Below, piece by piece: positions 50,501 to 63,487 of a DNA stretch of 64,000 bases. The position numbers were made by a program, and so were the translations under genes. The DNA comes from Amphiscolops sp. MND2022 (taxonomy: Eukaryota), in NCBI GenBank assembly GCA_964187785.1, contig OZ076409.1, forward strand, positions 57,228,001 to 57,292,000. Reading direction: 5' to 3'. The notes beneath the pieces were generated by a model. The model saw only the letters and a list, made by a program, of their open reading frames with translations, was not told the origin of the DNA and ran no database searches. Within the stretch, counting starts at the first letter, position 1. Each line of letters starts with the position of its first letter.

Positions 50501-51636
50501 GATAGATGAACGTTTTGAAATCTATTTGCAATATTTTGTAATATATATTTTTGTTGAGTAACTTTATGATGCTAAAATCGTTGTATTTGATGAACCTTGA
50601 CGCGATTTCGAATTTTTTCTTTTTCCAATTTTCAAACGAACCGAAAATTGAAGTTAAGTGAATCAATTTTTGCACTGAAGGGTTTTGCATTATTCAATTG
50701 AAAGAGCTGTCGTTGGTAATCAATCGTAGCTCAACTGTTCAGCTCAATTATTTTAGCTTTGGGGAAAGCTCCCAAACAAACCCATTTTGTAGGTGTTTGG
50801 ATAGTTCTTGCGATAGCCAAATCTTGTGACCACATTTGAAGAAAAGATGTCCTGAAGTGACTGTTCTCACCACTACGAAGAGGCTTTCAGGCCTTTGTGC
50901 ATGGCTAATCAAGCCATCTACCTTAGCATTTTGCCCCTTCTGAATCTAATCCCAATTCACTTTTGTGCCTATTACTCATGCGAGGAACTGTATTATTGAT
51001 GAGTTAGTAAATCAAGTAGAATTTCAGGGTTATTAGTTCACTTTTAGTCCGTTCATTATTTTTTTTCTGCGGACTTTTATGAACAAGGTTAACTTCAACT
51101 TTTTTTTAGTAAAACTGAACTTGTACCCAAAACAGTAAACTTTTTCTTTGTTTGCATCACTCAACCTAATGATGATTTTTTTCTTTTAAAATGTTCTCAT
51201 TCCTGGTGCTTGAAAATGCTGCGCGTAATTTAGTAGTCTGTAAAGTTTTTTGACATTGCTGTCTTTATTCTGATGAAGTTTAGTATACCGAAAGTGATTA
51301 AGTTTTTTCGACGTTCTTGTCCTATGTTTGCAATTGAAAATGTCATTGGAGTGGTGGTGTTAACATTTTGGTCAACTCTAGGTGAACGAAAGAGTGGAGC
51401 TGGAGAACGGAGTGAGGGGTGAGCTGAAGTTCATAGGAGAGACTGAGTTTGCCACTGGATTCTGGGCGGGAGTGGCGCTGGATGAACCTTACGGCAAGAA
51501 CGACGGAACTGTCAAAGGCAGGAGCTACTTCAAGTGTGTTGACGGCTACGGCATTTTCCTCAGGCTCAACAAAATCAAAGTTGGCGATTACCCTCCCATT
51601 GATGATGGATTAGGCGATGACTCAGAAATCATATGA
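41600..51636 (+). CDS. TBCB: Tubulin-folding cofactor B (divergent N-terminal domain plus CAP-Gly), 3 coding exons, 242 aa
   Basis: join(41600-41811, 46000-46261, 51382-51636) with phase-compatible GT..AG introns. Linker ISNEEYDKKEGTVRDYLRKNKLGKF; CAP-Gly GELKFIGETEFATGFWAGVALDEPYGKNDGTVKGRSYFKC; end VGDYP. Exon 1 is the least certain. Confidence 0.88.
42320..43550 (-). mobile_element. 5'-truncated, decayed LINE (non-LTR retrotransposon) in TBCB intron 1
   Basis: RT motifs YRGISLAN, EQAGFR, FIDYEKAFDRV, GVRQGDNLSPLLF, ADDT; C-terminal CTLC...DEYHLLFVC; (AAT)n-like tail. Confidence 0.85.
43814..44589. mobile_element. Two abutting partial HINE-family copies in opposite orientation
   Basis: TTTTAGTCGGCGC start at about 43814 with core arrays to about 44340, then a reversed copy ending CGCCGACTAAAAA. 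Confidence 0.65.
45316..45798 (+). mobile_element. HINE-family copy
   Basis: Family termini and core repeats; closely matches the reverse complement of about 63600-64000. Confidence 0.7.
48541..49336. mobile_element. TA-flanked non-autonomous DNA transposon (Tc1/mariner type) nested in the hAT
   Basis: TIR CTCTGTTGTGCTTAATAAG.GGGGG / CCCCCCCTTATTAAGCACAACAGAG; TA on both sides; subterminal GACCCCCC repeats. Confidence 0.85.
49500..50162. mobile_element. Tc1/mariner-type MITE nested in the hAT
   Basis: TIR CAGTACTATGATTAAGAAAACGTCCCCC / GGGGGACGATTTCTTAATCACAGTACTG; TA TSD. Confidence 0.88.
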
Positions 51637-52528
51637 TCTGGTCTGAACTAATTCCACGTCAGTCCATACACACTATGGTACACTTTGCAATGCACCCAGA
51701 TAATTGGTATCTTTTGTCCTCCCAAAGAATAACGTCCCTTATTTTCTTCACAAAAAGGTGCTGTTTAATAATTTTTTAGGTGTTATTCATTGCGGAAATC
51801 AAAGCAAACTTAAATTTGTTTATTTTGCTGTGGAGAAATTTAACGTTTTAGAGAGTCAGCGCTCAATATTATCGAATATGAATGAAAGTTGAATGTTTGG
51901 CATACAAAACAAGGGACAGATTACTAAGGGACGAAATGCTAGAAATGTTTTGCGATAGCCAATATATTCCAGATTGTTAGGGCTGTTTCATAGAAATCAA
52001 AATTTTGGTACCTATTCGTAACCAGGGTTGAAACACGCTGCTATCAATGAAGGTTCTAATTTCAACACACAGCTGCATCCTGCAGTGATCTGCATAGAAC
52101 ATTTGGACGACCGCTCTTGTAGTGGAAACTAAATTGGCCAGACTATTACAGTCATTACTTTTTTCTTCAAGTCCATCTCGAATGCGACAAAATCACTTTT
52201 CGAACTCACTGCGTCACTCACTGTTCGTCGGCATGGTATTTCTGACCAGTGGTTGGCTCCACCTTACCTTTGTGTAGTAATTTCTCTGAAATAGTTCCTC
52301 TCTGATGTCCTTAGCTAGATTGCGTGCTTTCGCTTATCAGCTTCTGATTTTCTGTGGCAATCAAATGTCGCCTTTGTGATCAAGTGTTTCCGCGAAAACT
52401 ACATTCGACGTCATGCGTGATTATCCCATGGCCGTAGTTGTTTTTTTCCTCGTGTTTTTTTGGGCAGCTGCGAAGTATACCGTTTGTCGTGCTCTAAAAT
52501 CATGATAAACAGATTATCTACAAAATTT

Positions 52529-52690
52529 TGTAACAGCTGAAGTTAATTTGTAACAGCTAATGATGTTAAGTAACTATATTTATACTGTACATGACATGAC
52601 TGATGAGAGTTTAGAGATGTGAAATAAGGTTTACTAAACAGTTCCAACTGCTCGACCACCCGTTCTGACATGGTGACAGGAGTGGGACTC
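52529..52690 (+). mobile_element. Putative 5' LTR and tRNA-Leu primer-binding site of a decayed LTR retrotransposon
   Basis: TGTAACAG...TTCTGACA followed by TGGTGACAGGAGTGGGACTC, nearly complementary to a tRNA-Leu 3' end. Downstream ORFs are too decayed to assign. Confidence 0.55.
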
Positions 52691-55313
52691 ATCCGAAGAT
52701 TTTGCGGGAGTCTAGATAATCTAAATTTTTAGCTTAAAACTTGTTTTTTTTCGATATCGGATTTTCGTTGTTTTGTTATTGTTCACTTCAACGTTTAACC
52801 GTTTTAAACCGTTTCCCCTATTCAAAATAGTTATCGTTTTCCCGTTCTTGTCAACTTCACCAGTGTCCTCCAAGTTGCTAGGAGATTTTTCGAGCTTTTC
52901 AGAAGAAAGTTCACGAATCCAGCAAAATGAAATGCTGCATTTTTAGTTCTGTGCAATGTTCGCTGCGAAAGCTTCGGAATGCGAGGAAGTTTCTCAAAAC
53001 AAGAAAGCTTCTAACGGTCGAGTGCTGCGAAATTCGTGCAGTTATGAAGCAAGAGGACATCATAACTGCACAAATGGGGCTGAAAGAGTCTGATAGTCCG
53101 GAAGATGAACAGGAAGAAATTGCACCTGCCAAGATCGAACGGTGGCAAATAACCATTCCTGCTGAATATTGTTTTCGTGAGCATCTTAGCCTTGGTTGTG
53201 AGGGCTGTCTTGAGATACCTCCACTTGTAGATTGTGAAATCTGGAGTTACATGTAGATTGGCGAGAAAACTGTTTTTACAAGCGGCTCATTCAAATTTAT
53301 GTTAATATAATGGCACTATTCGTGAGGTGGTGTTTCATAGAATCCAGTTGATGGTGTCTTTTTGATTTTGTATGTCACATGAGTTTTTTTTGCCTTGAAG
53401 TAAGCAATAAATCAGGAAATGTTTATTTAATATCATTCGAATCTATGACCGGAAGCGTTTGCTAGGAACCGAACACTATTTTCAGAATTCGTAGTCTCTT
53501 GATCGTTTTCCAAGCGAACAGAAAAGAGTATTGAGAGGCTTACCAACTTTGTCTGAAACCATCAAAAATGTTTTCAAATGCAGGAGAGATTCGAGTGCAA
53601 TCGTAATAACTCAAAATCCTCAGGAGTATTCATTTTGCAGCAAACGTGTTTTGACCAAAAGAGGGAAAGGCGATAGGTTTTCTTATATTTAGAGATGAGG
53701 TAGTCCGGAGGATATTAGAAAGCGAATGGCGAAGGAAAAAATTTGAAGCAAGCGCACATGTTAATTATATTTTCTATACAACTGTTGCATCTAATCGGGA
53801 GGCAAGTTGGGTATGGAATGTTGCCATGCGGCTGATTATAGAGGCAGCGATATCCTCCAATTCTTTCAAATAACGTTTGAACGTCCATCACAACGTTCTT
53901 TGCTTCTTCACCCATCGGAAGATGGATATAATTGACAATGAAATACTTTATTGCGGCTATCGAGTCCTTAAAAAACAGTGTGGAAGGGCACGAATATGTA
54001 GCTTACTCTATGGCGAAACCGGATTGACAAGTCGAATAAGCAGTAGAGTTATACATAGACCATGAGCCGTGAGTAAAGCGAATGAGCCGGTACTGCAGCA
54101 AGTCTTCCCGGAGCGTCCTGGGCTGAAAACAAAGCCTTTCTAATGGAGCCAGAATGTGTTTTTGGTAGAGGTCGTCACCTAGCCTGTGCGAGTGGTGAAG
54201 AACCACAACTTCTTTCCCCTCTCCTACTGGCTGACCACGCAGGCGACCAAAAGGAAAGAGACGCTCAACAGAACTTGAGGAATCAGAAGTATATCGACTT
54301 CTCATCAAAATGACTGACCCCTTCAAGGCTCAAGAGGAAAGCTCATAAATACCTGATAGAACACCCAAATGAAATGTCTCGAATAAAGGTAACACAAGAA
54401 ATAACGATTTCAACAAATGCCGGCAGAATGTCATGCTTTCTGTAACTACTGTAGATGAAATGAACTTACTCTACTATTTTGTAGAAACAAAGCCTATGCT
54501 GTTGAACCAAGACGTCAATACAACAAGAATAATCAACAGAAAAAAACAACATTGACCAACGACTATACAATAAATGAGGACAAACTTCGGCTCCCAAAAC
54601 TATCAGAATTAATCCTCAACAAAGGTATAACACCAAACCACTACAATCAGCCACATAAGAGAAATCAAAGTGCAAATCACCAGGGTAACTCTAACCATGA
54701 ACAGTATTACCGCACTTGACAGAGCATTTGTAATTTTTCTGCAAAACAAATTAATTTCAATAATCAGTTAAATCAAAACTCCCCCTAAAACAACTAGATT
54801 GTTTTTTTCCAAATTAGGAGAACGCCATTTTTAGCCCAGAGAGTCCTGTTTGGGTTTTTTGGTGCTAATGTTTCAGTTTTCTTTCAAATTTTTTCCACAC
54901 AAGGGTTGTCGCTTTGGTTCTTCAATATTTTTGTTTTTAAAACAACCTTTCTTGTACCTTTCATGCCCAAAGTGTTCTCCTTCAATTTTTTTGAGAACGT
55001 TTCCAAGAAAATTCCTCGACGCTTCGAAAAAGTACTTTTACTTTTTCACAGCCTTTAGCAGGGCCGCGACCTATACCGTTTCCGTCTTGTTGAATGGTAT
55101 GCTGTATGTCTGATTTCGATAACGTTATATCCGAAGCGCTGACAGCGGAGTCGCTTTAAGAACAATTTAATTCGAACCTATCAAATAAAATGAATTGAAA
55201 AAAGTCGTAACATTACTAACTTTTTTCACTGAGCAGTTACACCTATAGCTGTTGAATGGACTCCTAAATCTCTTGAAAAACGTTTCGCCAGATACCTCGT
55301 GGAAATGATCCTA

Positions 55314-55832
55314 TTTTTTAGGAGTCGTTAAAAATTTTCGACTACTTATGCAATCGTGCTGTTTTTTTTTCTCCCGACCTTTTCATGAAAATTTCAAATT
55401 TCTCAAAAACTGTCCATACGATTTTCACAAAATTTTGCACAGTCATTCTACACCCAAAGGGCCCCTGCGTGTGCAAAGGCATCAAAATCGTATGGCTGGG
55501 ATGTGAGAAACATAGCCAAAATTAGCCCAAAATGGCCAAAAAACAGACATTTTTCGACTTTTTTCGATTTTCTCAAAAACTGTCCATACGATTCGAACGA
55601 AATTTTTTACAGTTTTTCTACACCATATTAGAGTCCTATATGTGCAATGGCATCAAAATCGTATGGCTGGGATGTGAGAAACATAGCCAAAATTAGCCCA
55701 AAAATGGCCAAAAAACAGTCATTTTTCGATTTTTTTCGATTTTCTCAAAAACTGTCCATACGATTCGAACGAAAGCGAGTCAGAAGGAAAAAGACTTAAG
55801 CCGACTCCTTTACCGCATATGCGGCTCTGGTT
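55314..55832 (+). mobile_element. Second HINE-like family element with an internal tandem duplication of about 180 bp
   Basis: T-tract plus AGGAGTCG ... CGACTCCT subterminal inverted repeat; 3' hairpin CCGCATATGCGG; TT end; repeated TTTCTCAAAAACTGTCCATACGATT...GGCATCAAAATCGTATGGCTGGG units. Confidence 0.65.
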
Positions 55833-56039
55833 TCTGAACTATTTTTGTCGCACAATGCCGACACAACTCAAAGGTGTGACCCTGTAGGCTTGTAAAACGC
55901 GTTTTATAAACGCGGTCACCCTTAGCACTCCCGATACAGAATTATTATTCATAAAACCTCAAAATATTGCGTGAAAAAACCTTCTTCGGTAGGTTGCTGT
56001 TCTATCGTATCGTAAGGTCAAGATAAGGAAAGAATAGTT

Positions 56040-56960
56040 TGTAACAATGTATTGTTATTCGTGTTCTATTCCAACTGAATCTCATACGAATGTGATACTA
56101 CAACAAGATATACATGTACAAGCATATATGGTAAATATAAATGTTGAGGGTACTTAACTGTCTATAATTATTGTGACCTCCATGGTCTAAACTCAAGTAT
56201 GATGTAACACATTCCCCCCTTGACGGAGGTACTGTAAGTGTATTACAAATTAATTGTTAACATGACTTATTTAAATAAACGGTACAAGACAGTATGTTCT
56301 GATGAGAAGTTCCAGTTTCTTCCTTCATTCTCCGTCACCGGTTTTCTTCTACTTCTTCCTCATTGGCTGGAAGCTTCCATCAATCCGTGCTTTCCTTTCG
56401 GTTCACTCCGCGTTAGTTGTTCGACTGACTGTTTTGTTTGTCCCACTTGTTCACAGTGTTTCCTACAATATTCAATTTGTTATTGGATTACCATAACGTA
56501 TTATAGGATTTGCCGTTTTAATTCTTGTTGATTTTCGTGTGATTAATTCGTTATTGTTATTCGTGTTTTGGTTTGTAATTTCTATTTGTTCTTTTTTTAT
56601 CAAATCGGTATTACCGTTTCTGTCGGTCACTGTTATGGCGTTTGGATCACCTCAGGTTGGTGTTATGTTCTGTTGTATGCCTTCTGACTCTTTAATCCTT
56701 TCCAGGTACATTTGCAGCCTTATCGTGATTTTTGTTCGAATTTCTTTCTTATCAGCTTCCTTTTGCCCGGTCTGTATGCGTGGTTTACAGTGATTGAACT
56801 CCGAAGCTTGCAAAATAACTTTATAACGAACTGTTTTTCTTTAGATTTTTGGCTGGCTTCCAAAGTTTTTAATGCTTCTTGTGGATTTGTCGATGAAAGT
56901 TGGTCATTTACATATGGCAAAAACGTAATTTTGCCAACCTAAAGGTGCCCAGGACAACCG
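56040..56960 (-). mobile_element. 3' end of a decayed LTR retrotransposon (polypurine tract plus LTR at 56040-56209)
   Basis: On the minus strand, polypurine tract AAGGGGGAA is followed closely by TGTTACA...TGTTACA (TG..CA, 170 bp). Upstream boundary approximate. Confidence 0.5.
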
Positions 56961-57525
56961 GAATATAGTAAGAATCTCGATAGAGCTTCGCTTAAAAATT
57001 CATGGATGCAATCACAAAAAATTCACTCAACAGTTTGCGATTAACTCATGATTTATTCGCATTTGAATTAAACCGGAATAAGCTTGGAACGTTTCAACTG
57101 CATACTGAGGGCTTTGCAAATTTCATGTTAAATTTCTCCTAGTTTATATTGATTGATCTGAAACTAAATTTGTACAAATTGAATGTTTGGCTAACAGCCC
57201 AGCCTGTCCCCTTGTTGATATGAGAATTGATGTCATCAGCAGCTGCTTCGCTTCGGGAACCAATCTGCACTTGCCAAATGTGCCGTATTTTGCAGTTTTC
57301 GGCTTATAAACTTCGTTTTACTTTCTGCTGAATTGTTGATATGTTTACTATGAGAGATATTTTCCGTAAAATTTTTACAAAGTTGGAAGTTTTTAAATCT
57401 TCGTCTTCCAGGCCCAATAATAAATTCACGTCGTCAAAATTCTGTATTAATGAAGCATGGAATGATTTCAGATAGTTACTGTAACCAGTGTTGATTTCCA
57501 CCGAAAATAGTTGGATCACACAATA

Positions 57526-60500
57526 ATGTTGCAAGGCGAGAGTGGTCGGCCAAAGAAGCCGCTGAATGTGCGCAAAAAAGTGTTGCTCATGGGCAAATCA
57601 GGTGCGGGTAAAACAAGCATGAAGTCCATCATATTTGCCAATTTCATTGCCAGAGATACTCGCAAGCTGGGCCCCACCAACGAAATCGAACACAGGTTAG
57701 TGAAACACAATACCTCGCAATGTTTTCCGAATAACTTGTTCATTTCTCACTCTTATGATCCCAGTGGCTTTGATTTTGTGTGTGATTAGCTCCATATTCA
57801 AAGCATGCTCAGCAGAAAATACCAAATTTCTTTGCCCTGTTTTCATTGACCAATGCACCTTTCCGAACAGTTTTCACGGCGATGAAAACGTCGAATATTT
57901 TATCATGTAATGAGGTTAAGAGTATACAATAGGCCAAACGTTATTTTGATAACTTTTTGCACATGGCGAAGTCAATGTGCATTGCAGTCCAGCTAAGAAA
58001 GTTTTTTTTCCACAATAGCCAACTTCATAATAAGCGCCTTTTAGAGAAAAGCCAAAACCCCAGAGAGATTCGAACCTGCAGCCTCCCGATTGCGCGGCAT
58101 AAGTGTTAACCACTGTGCCATAAGGACGTTATTGAATAAAGTTGAACTGTTGAATATATACGCATGCGATTAAAATAATATATATACGCATATTAAAATA
58201 ATCGTTGTCTTCGTCATGTGTTGCGAAGCACCGCTTCGCCTCTGTGTTTCAACTTTTGATAATTGCAAAAATAATTGAAAAACAAGTCTTTTTTGTTCCA
58301 TGTTTTTTTGCAGTCTTGTGGAAGAAGAAATTTCGGCAAAGTTTTCAGTGAATGTGTTTAGATTGAATGTATCCGTTTAAACTGAATGTATCTGTAACAA
58401 ACTGAAAGAGTTGAACATTTTGTTAATACATGCAACTATCATCTTGACTTTTCTCAAAATCATTCGTTTTCTTGGGTCATCAGGAAGCCCTGATACGTCC
58501 GCTATGAGTTTTGTTCAATTTCAGCTACGTCAGATTCCTGGGAAACCTTGTGTTGCATCTGTGGGATTGTGGAGGAGAACAAGCGTTTGTTGAGTCCTAT
58601 TTCATTCGTTAGTACTTGCTTCTGATCAACAAAAAACTATTCACCTGGGAGTGTGTTTATGGTTTGGATTGCGGTCATTCAAGCTCATACTTGAAGTATA
58701 ACTTTTTATAATGTTATCACATAACTCTCAGCTTATACATAGCATTTTATAACATGAGGATATCTAGTATTATTTTGCGATACTTGCCCTAAGTTTAGGA
58801 AATGCTATATTTTTTTATTTTTTGAAAAACGTATTTTTGGCGGAAAGTAAATATTGCCATAATTTCTTCCGGAGTTGACAGTTTAGTGTTGCTGTGACTC
58901 CGGGCCACTTCGAGATGCTTACTTGCTAACTTCACGTTAAGAAACCATCTCGTCGATTTTCCTCGACAAACTTTTCACCTGAATTGGATTGAAAACAGAC
59001 AAAATGATTTGTTTTTGTTTTAGCTGGACAAAAGGACACAATATTCAGAGATTTGGAAGTCTTGATCTATGTGTTTGACGTTGAATCCCGAGAACTCGAC
59101 CAAGACCTACTGTATTACCAGAAATGCATCGAAGCCGTTACTGTAAGTATCTCTAATGGGTTATGTCTCATAGAACTTTTCTTTTCGCGGATCTCAGTAT
59201 TTGAACAAAGATTTTCAGAGAAATAGCTCATCTGCGTGACTTATCACAGCAAACTGAGTGATTCGAAGAGACACAAGCTTCACTGTTTTGGCAGAAGTTT
59301 TCAATTTTTGTCTTCAAGAAGAATCCTTGTGTTACTTAGGCCGAAAACGAACTGCAGCAGACCTCGTCTGCCAAGTTTTTCTGTTTGATCCACAAGATGG
59401 ACTTGATCTCGGAGCAGAACAGGAAATTCAAATTCGACAGTTTGAGGAAACAGGCACTTGACAAGACACCCAGTGGTATCGACGTGTCTTTCTACCAGAC
59501 CTCCATCTGGGACGAGACTCTTTACGAGGCCTGGAGCAAGATCGTGCATCAGCTCATCCCCAACGTGGCTGCCGTAGAGTCCGCCCTGCATAACTTCGCG
59601 TCTCTTATGGACGCCGAGGAGGTGCTACTCTTCGAAAAAGCTACTTTTTTGGGTTGGTTGTGTTTGTTTTCACTTCTTTTCAACACCAATGTGGGAGATT
59701 TCATCTGGGTGGTACGGTCTGTCATTTTTGTGCCACCTGTGTAGACCAATCCAAAATGCGACCTTTCAAAAGCCAGTTCGGGTGATGTGTTCCTACTTAC
59801 TAGCCTTCTTTCATTAAAAGAGGCTTTTGGTTTTTCTCTGCTGTCGATTGGGAGTGAAAAATAGGACATATATGGGCCTGAAAGGTCCGAAATGGTTTTC
59901 ATCTGAGAATTGATCGAGGAAACTAAAAACCTTTAGTGAGTGAACTTGAACCTTTAGTGCGTAGTCGAGAAAACTACCTGCTTTTTGGATAGAAATCAAA
60001 ATTCCATACCATGCGGTTGCGGAAGGAAACAATGAGTAAGTTGATAAAAGCATCCATATCGGGCATCTTCAGGCTTTTCAACCAAATGAGACTCGGGAAA
60101 ATCTTATAGAATTTGAAATTGATTTTGTTTTGATGACTTCCAGTTTTAAAATGCGTCGAAAATGTTCATTGAACTTATGTGGGCCACAAAAAAAGTCGCC
60201 TTTGAAACATCTTTACCCGAAACGATTAACTTCACAGCGAATTTCTAAAATTTCTCGGTGATTTGCGCATCAAGTTTTCATGATATATATACGACGCCAA
60301 ATTATGCTATTATACGTTTTTAGAGAAATTCAGTATTTGGCAGTACATTGGTTGCAAATAGACATTTTTCATTTTGAATTTTCTGGATCCATGTTACTTT
60401 GTTGGTTAATTTGCATCTCTGTAGCACCATTGATTGTATAATGACGCAATTCGTTTTTAGTCGGCGTTTTCGAAGAAAATCCCGACTCTTACAGTGGCTA

Positions 60501-62275
60501 GTTTTTTTTTCGTCAGTTCAACGCGTAACGTCCACTTTTTGTGCATTAATCCAATTAATGCACATTTACCAACTTTTACCATATGTACTTAGTACTTCAT
60601 TTTCAACGCATCCAAAGCGTCTAACATGAGATAAAAAGCGTCCCCCTTTTACATTTTCGGCACTATGCGACTTACCGGAAACTTCGAAAAAAAATTCAAA
60701 AAAATTCGGAAATTTTTTTTCTCAATTTTTAGTTTTTTGAGAGCTTTTGTTGTCTCCAGTTGTAGAAAAAGTGGTTTTCGAGTCTTTTTGAGCCTTAGAT
60801 ATGGCGCCGACTTGGGCCGTTCCCGGCTTGTTTGTTTTATACCATTTGTTGGCTCCGCCGATTAGTTTAAAACTTCGGTGCGGCGCCATTGGTACATAAA
60901 TTTATCTCTTCAGCCTTGAATGTTTTCAGTCATCTTTGATGACCCAATTTGGTGAGGAACCAAGTCAAAATATAGTGAAGAGCCATCATTGCATAAATAC
61001 AAAGTAAACGTGATATGAAACCGGTCAAAAACTGACAATTTTGCGACCAGAAAAAAACATTTTTGATGTCCTTTTTGGTGCAGTAGGCCGTGCCTTTTGG
61101 AATATAAAATAGTTTCTAAGTACATCAAATTATTTTGTTGTAACTCAGAATATAAAATTGAAATAATTTAGGGTTCTTTTGAACATATTTGAGATGCAAC
61201 TCGACTAGAAAATGGCCAATTTGAATAATGCTCAGCGAAAGGCGGCGTTGAATTTAGATATAGCCTTTTCAATATTTATGCGATTTATGAATATTAATTA
61301 GTTCTTTCTTAATGGCCGTCTTCAATCTTTTGGACTAAAATAGGCGATGCTTGCCTTTGGCGAATTTTAGCGATGCCCAAAAAATGTCAACGTATCTTTG
61401 GGCTTCCGATGTCAGATATTGGGTTTTTAGGGAACCAGCTTGTGAAATCATGTTTTAACCGACGTCTTCTGCCCGAAAGATATGACGCAAAACATCAATA
61501 TAGTCTGGAGGACAGTTCATTATTAATTTTCAACTGCAAAAGTGATCAATTTTTAGTCGCCTCTTTTTGTCGGGAAATTTTCGATTTTTACAATGACTAC
61601 TTTTATTCTTCAGCCTTACGCTTAAAGGGTCGCCTTTTGTGCTTTTTGTTGATGCATTGCTCTTGTGCTGTAGTAAATCTACAATTCATCATCAAAAAGA
61701 TCCGCACGTTGATTATCTTGTATTGTTACAAATTAGATGGTGTAAATTATAAATTACAAAATAGATGAGGCACAGTAGGATCTATCAATTTTTAATGAGC
61801 TTTTAAACTGCCGAAACAAACCGTATTTTTGGCTGTGTGGACGTACCGTTTTTGAAAAACCTCCAATTTTCTATGCATCCCTGATGCACGTTCGAATGTA
61901 TTCTTGAAACTAAAAATAGTCGTATAGCTGGAGAAGCTTTGGTGAAAAGTAAAAATTCAGTGCATTAAATTTGTTTCAGTGATATCCAAGTGGGAACGTG
62001 GCTCCCAGAACGACGAACACAGGTTCGAGAAGATCAGTAACATAATAAAACAGTTCAAACTGAGTTGCACCAAACTGGCAGACAATTTCAGCAGCATCGA
62101 AGTGCGCAATTCCAGCTTCTCCGCCTTCATAGAGCAGTTCACTACCAACACATACATCATGGTTGTCATGAGCGACACCCGCATAACTTCAGCCGCAGTG
62201 CTCATGAACATACGCAACGTCAGGGGACTGTTCGAAAAAATAGAATCCAGTGACAGAAGTATTGCTCGCAGATGA
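57526..62275 (+). CDS. RRAGA: Ras-related GTP-binding protein A/B (RagA/Gtr1), 5 coding exons
   Basis: join(57526-57695, 58525-58607, 59024-59142, 59340-59652, 61980-62275), phase-consistent [85 protein letters not shown]. The exon 4 acceptor could be a nearby CAG. Confidence 0.95.
57953..58248. mobile_element. Interspersed repeat with a tRNA-like segment and terminal hairpin, copy 2, in RagA intron 1
   Basis: Near-identical to 32357-32653. Confidence 0.75.
60454..60832 (+). mobile_element. HINE-family copy in RagA intron 4
   Basis: TTTTTAGTCGGCG...CCCGACT 5' stem; 3' GGCGCCGACTTGGGCCGTTCCCGGCTTGTT. Confidence 0.7.
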
Positions 62276-62666
62276 AACCAACACTCCCGATTCCTGACAA
62301 CAATTCATTGAAATTAATTTTCTTTTCTCCATGTGAAACTTCGTAGAAAACATATTTCAGAGTTGGTACTCTAAGATACCAACTTGCATTCCATCAGCTT
62401 TCGAAAGGTTTCACGGGCTGAGAGAAGAAAGTTAAAAATTATCGTCTCCGTTAATCAAGAAACACAAATTTTGAGAAAATAGTTTTGAATTTTAGTGGAA
62501 TTTAATATCATAGAAGTTTATCTTATTTTTGCTAAGTTATCATTACCATGATTCATCGTCAATTTGAATTGTAATCTTTTTTCGATTGATCCAATTTTTT
62601 GTCGAAGAAGAGTTACTTTTATACCTACTGATACCAGGCAAATGAATAAGCTTTTTGTAGTCGGAG

Positions 62667-63252
62667 TTTTTAGTCGGCGCGTTTTCCTTTTAAGGAAAAA
62701 TGCCCGACTATAGCAGTGACCTTTTTTTTCTTCAGACTACAATCCTCACACTGATCGGTCCACTTTTCTTACAATTCTTGCAATCTTAAATTCTTACAAT
62801 TCTTACTTAGCAAATTTAAATAAAATACTTTAAAAGCTTGCGAAGTAGTATTTTTACATCATCTAAGAAACTCAAAGGGACCAAAGGGACTTAGGGTATT
62901 TTCGGCTCTGTGAGACCTTTTTTCGAAAAAAAAAATTTTCCCAAAGGGTCCCTCCTTCAATTTTTTTGGAGTTTTCCGACAGAACGGATGTTGAAAAATC
63001 CCAAAGGGTCCCCCCTTTCAGTTTTTCGGCATTGTGAGACTTTAAAAAAAAATTTCACCAAAAGTGCCCCTCCTTCAATTTTTTTGATGATTTGCGACAG
63101 AATGGATGAAAAATTTCAAAGTGTCGCTTCTGGTGTGCCAATTCGGTTCAACTTTTGGGTTTTTCCGGTACCGTAGAAGAGAATACTTGGAAGTCCTTTT
63201 GCTGTTTTTGAGCCTTAGATATGGCGCCGACTTGGGCCGTTCCCGGCTTGTT
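62667..63252 (+). mobile_element. HINE-family copy
   Basis: Family termini and core repeats. Confidence 0.7.
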
Positions 63253-63487
63253 ATTTGTTACTAAAAGTGCCCGACTCTTGCAGTGGCAAGTTTTTTGTCA
63301 GATGACAGACCTCTTATACTGAAGGTCCTTTTTTGAACAGTTTGTTCACGCCGGTTACTTCGCCTAGTAGTTAGGATGCGCGCTTGCCAAGCAGAAGTGG
63401 TTCGAACCCGGCCGAGGACAAATTTTTCAATGGTTGCAAATCTTGGGTCAACGGTGGTTTTCGGCACTTAACAACTTTTAGATTAGA

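Noticed and set aside
52900..54720. Short ORFs downstream of the tRNA-Leu PBS
   Set aside because: No gag or pol motif could be identified with confidence.
63355..63420. tRNA-Gly-like sequence (GCTTGCCAAGC arm, GGTTCGAACCC)
   Set aside because: No complete cloverleaf and embedded among repeats; a tRNA-derived fragment rather than a tRNA gene.
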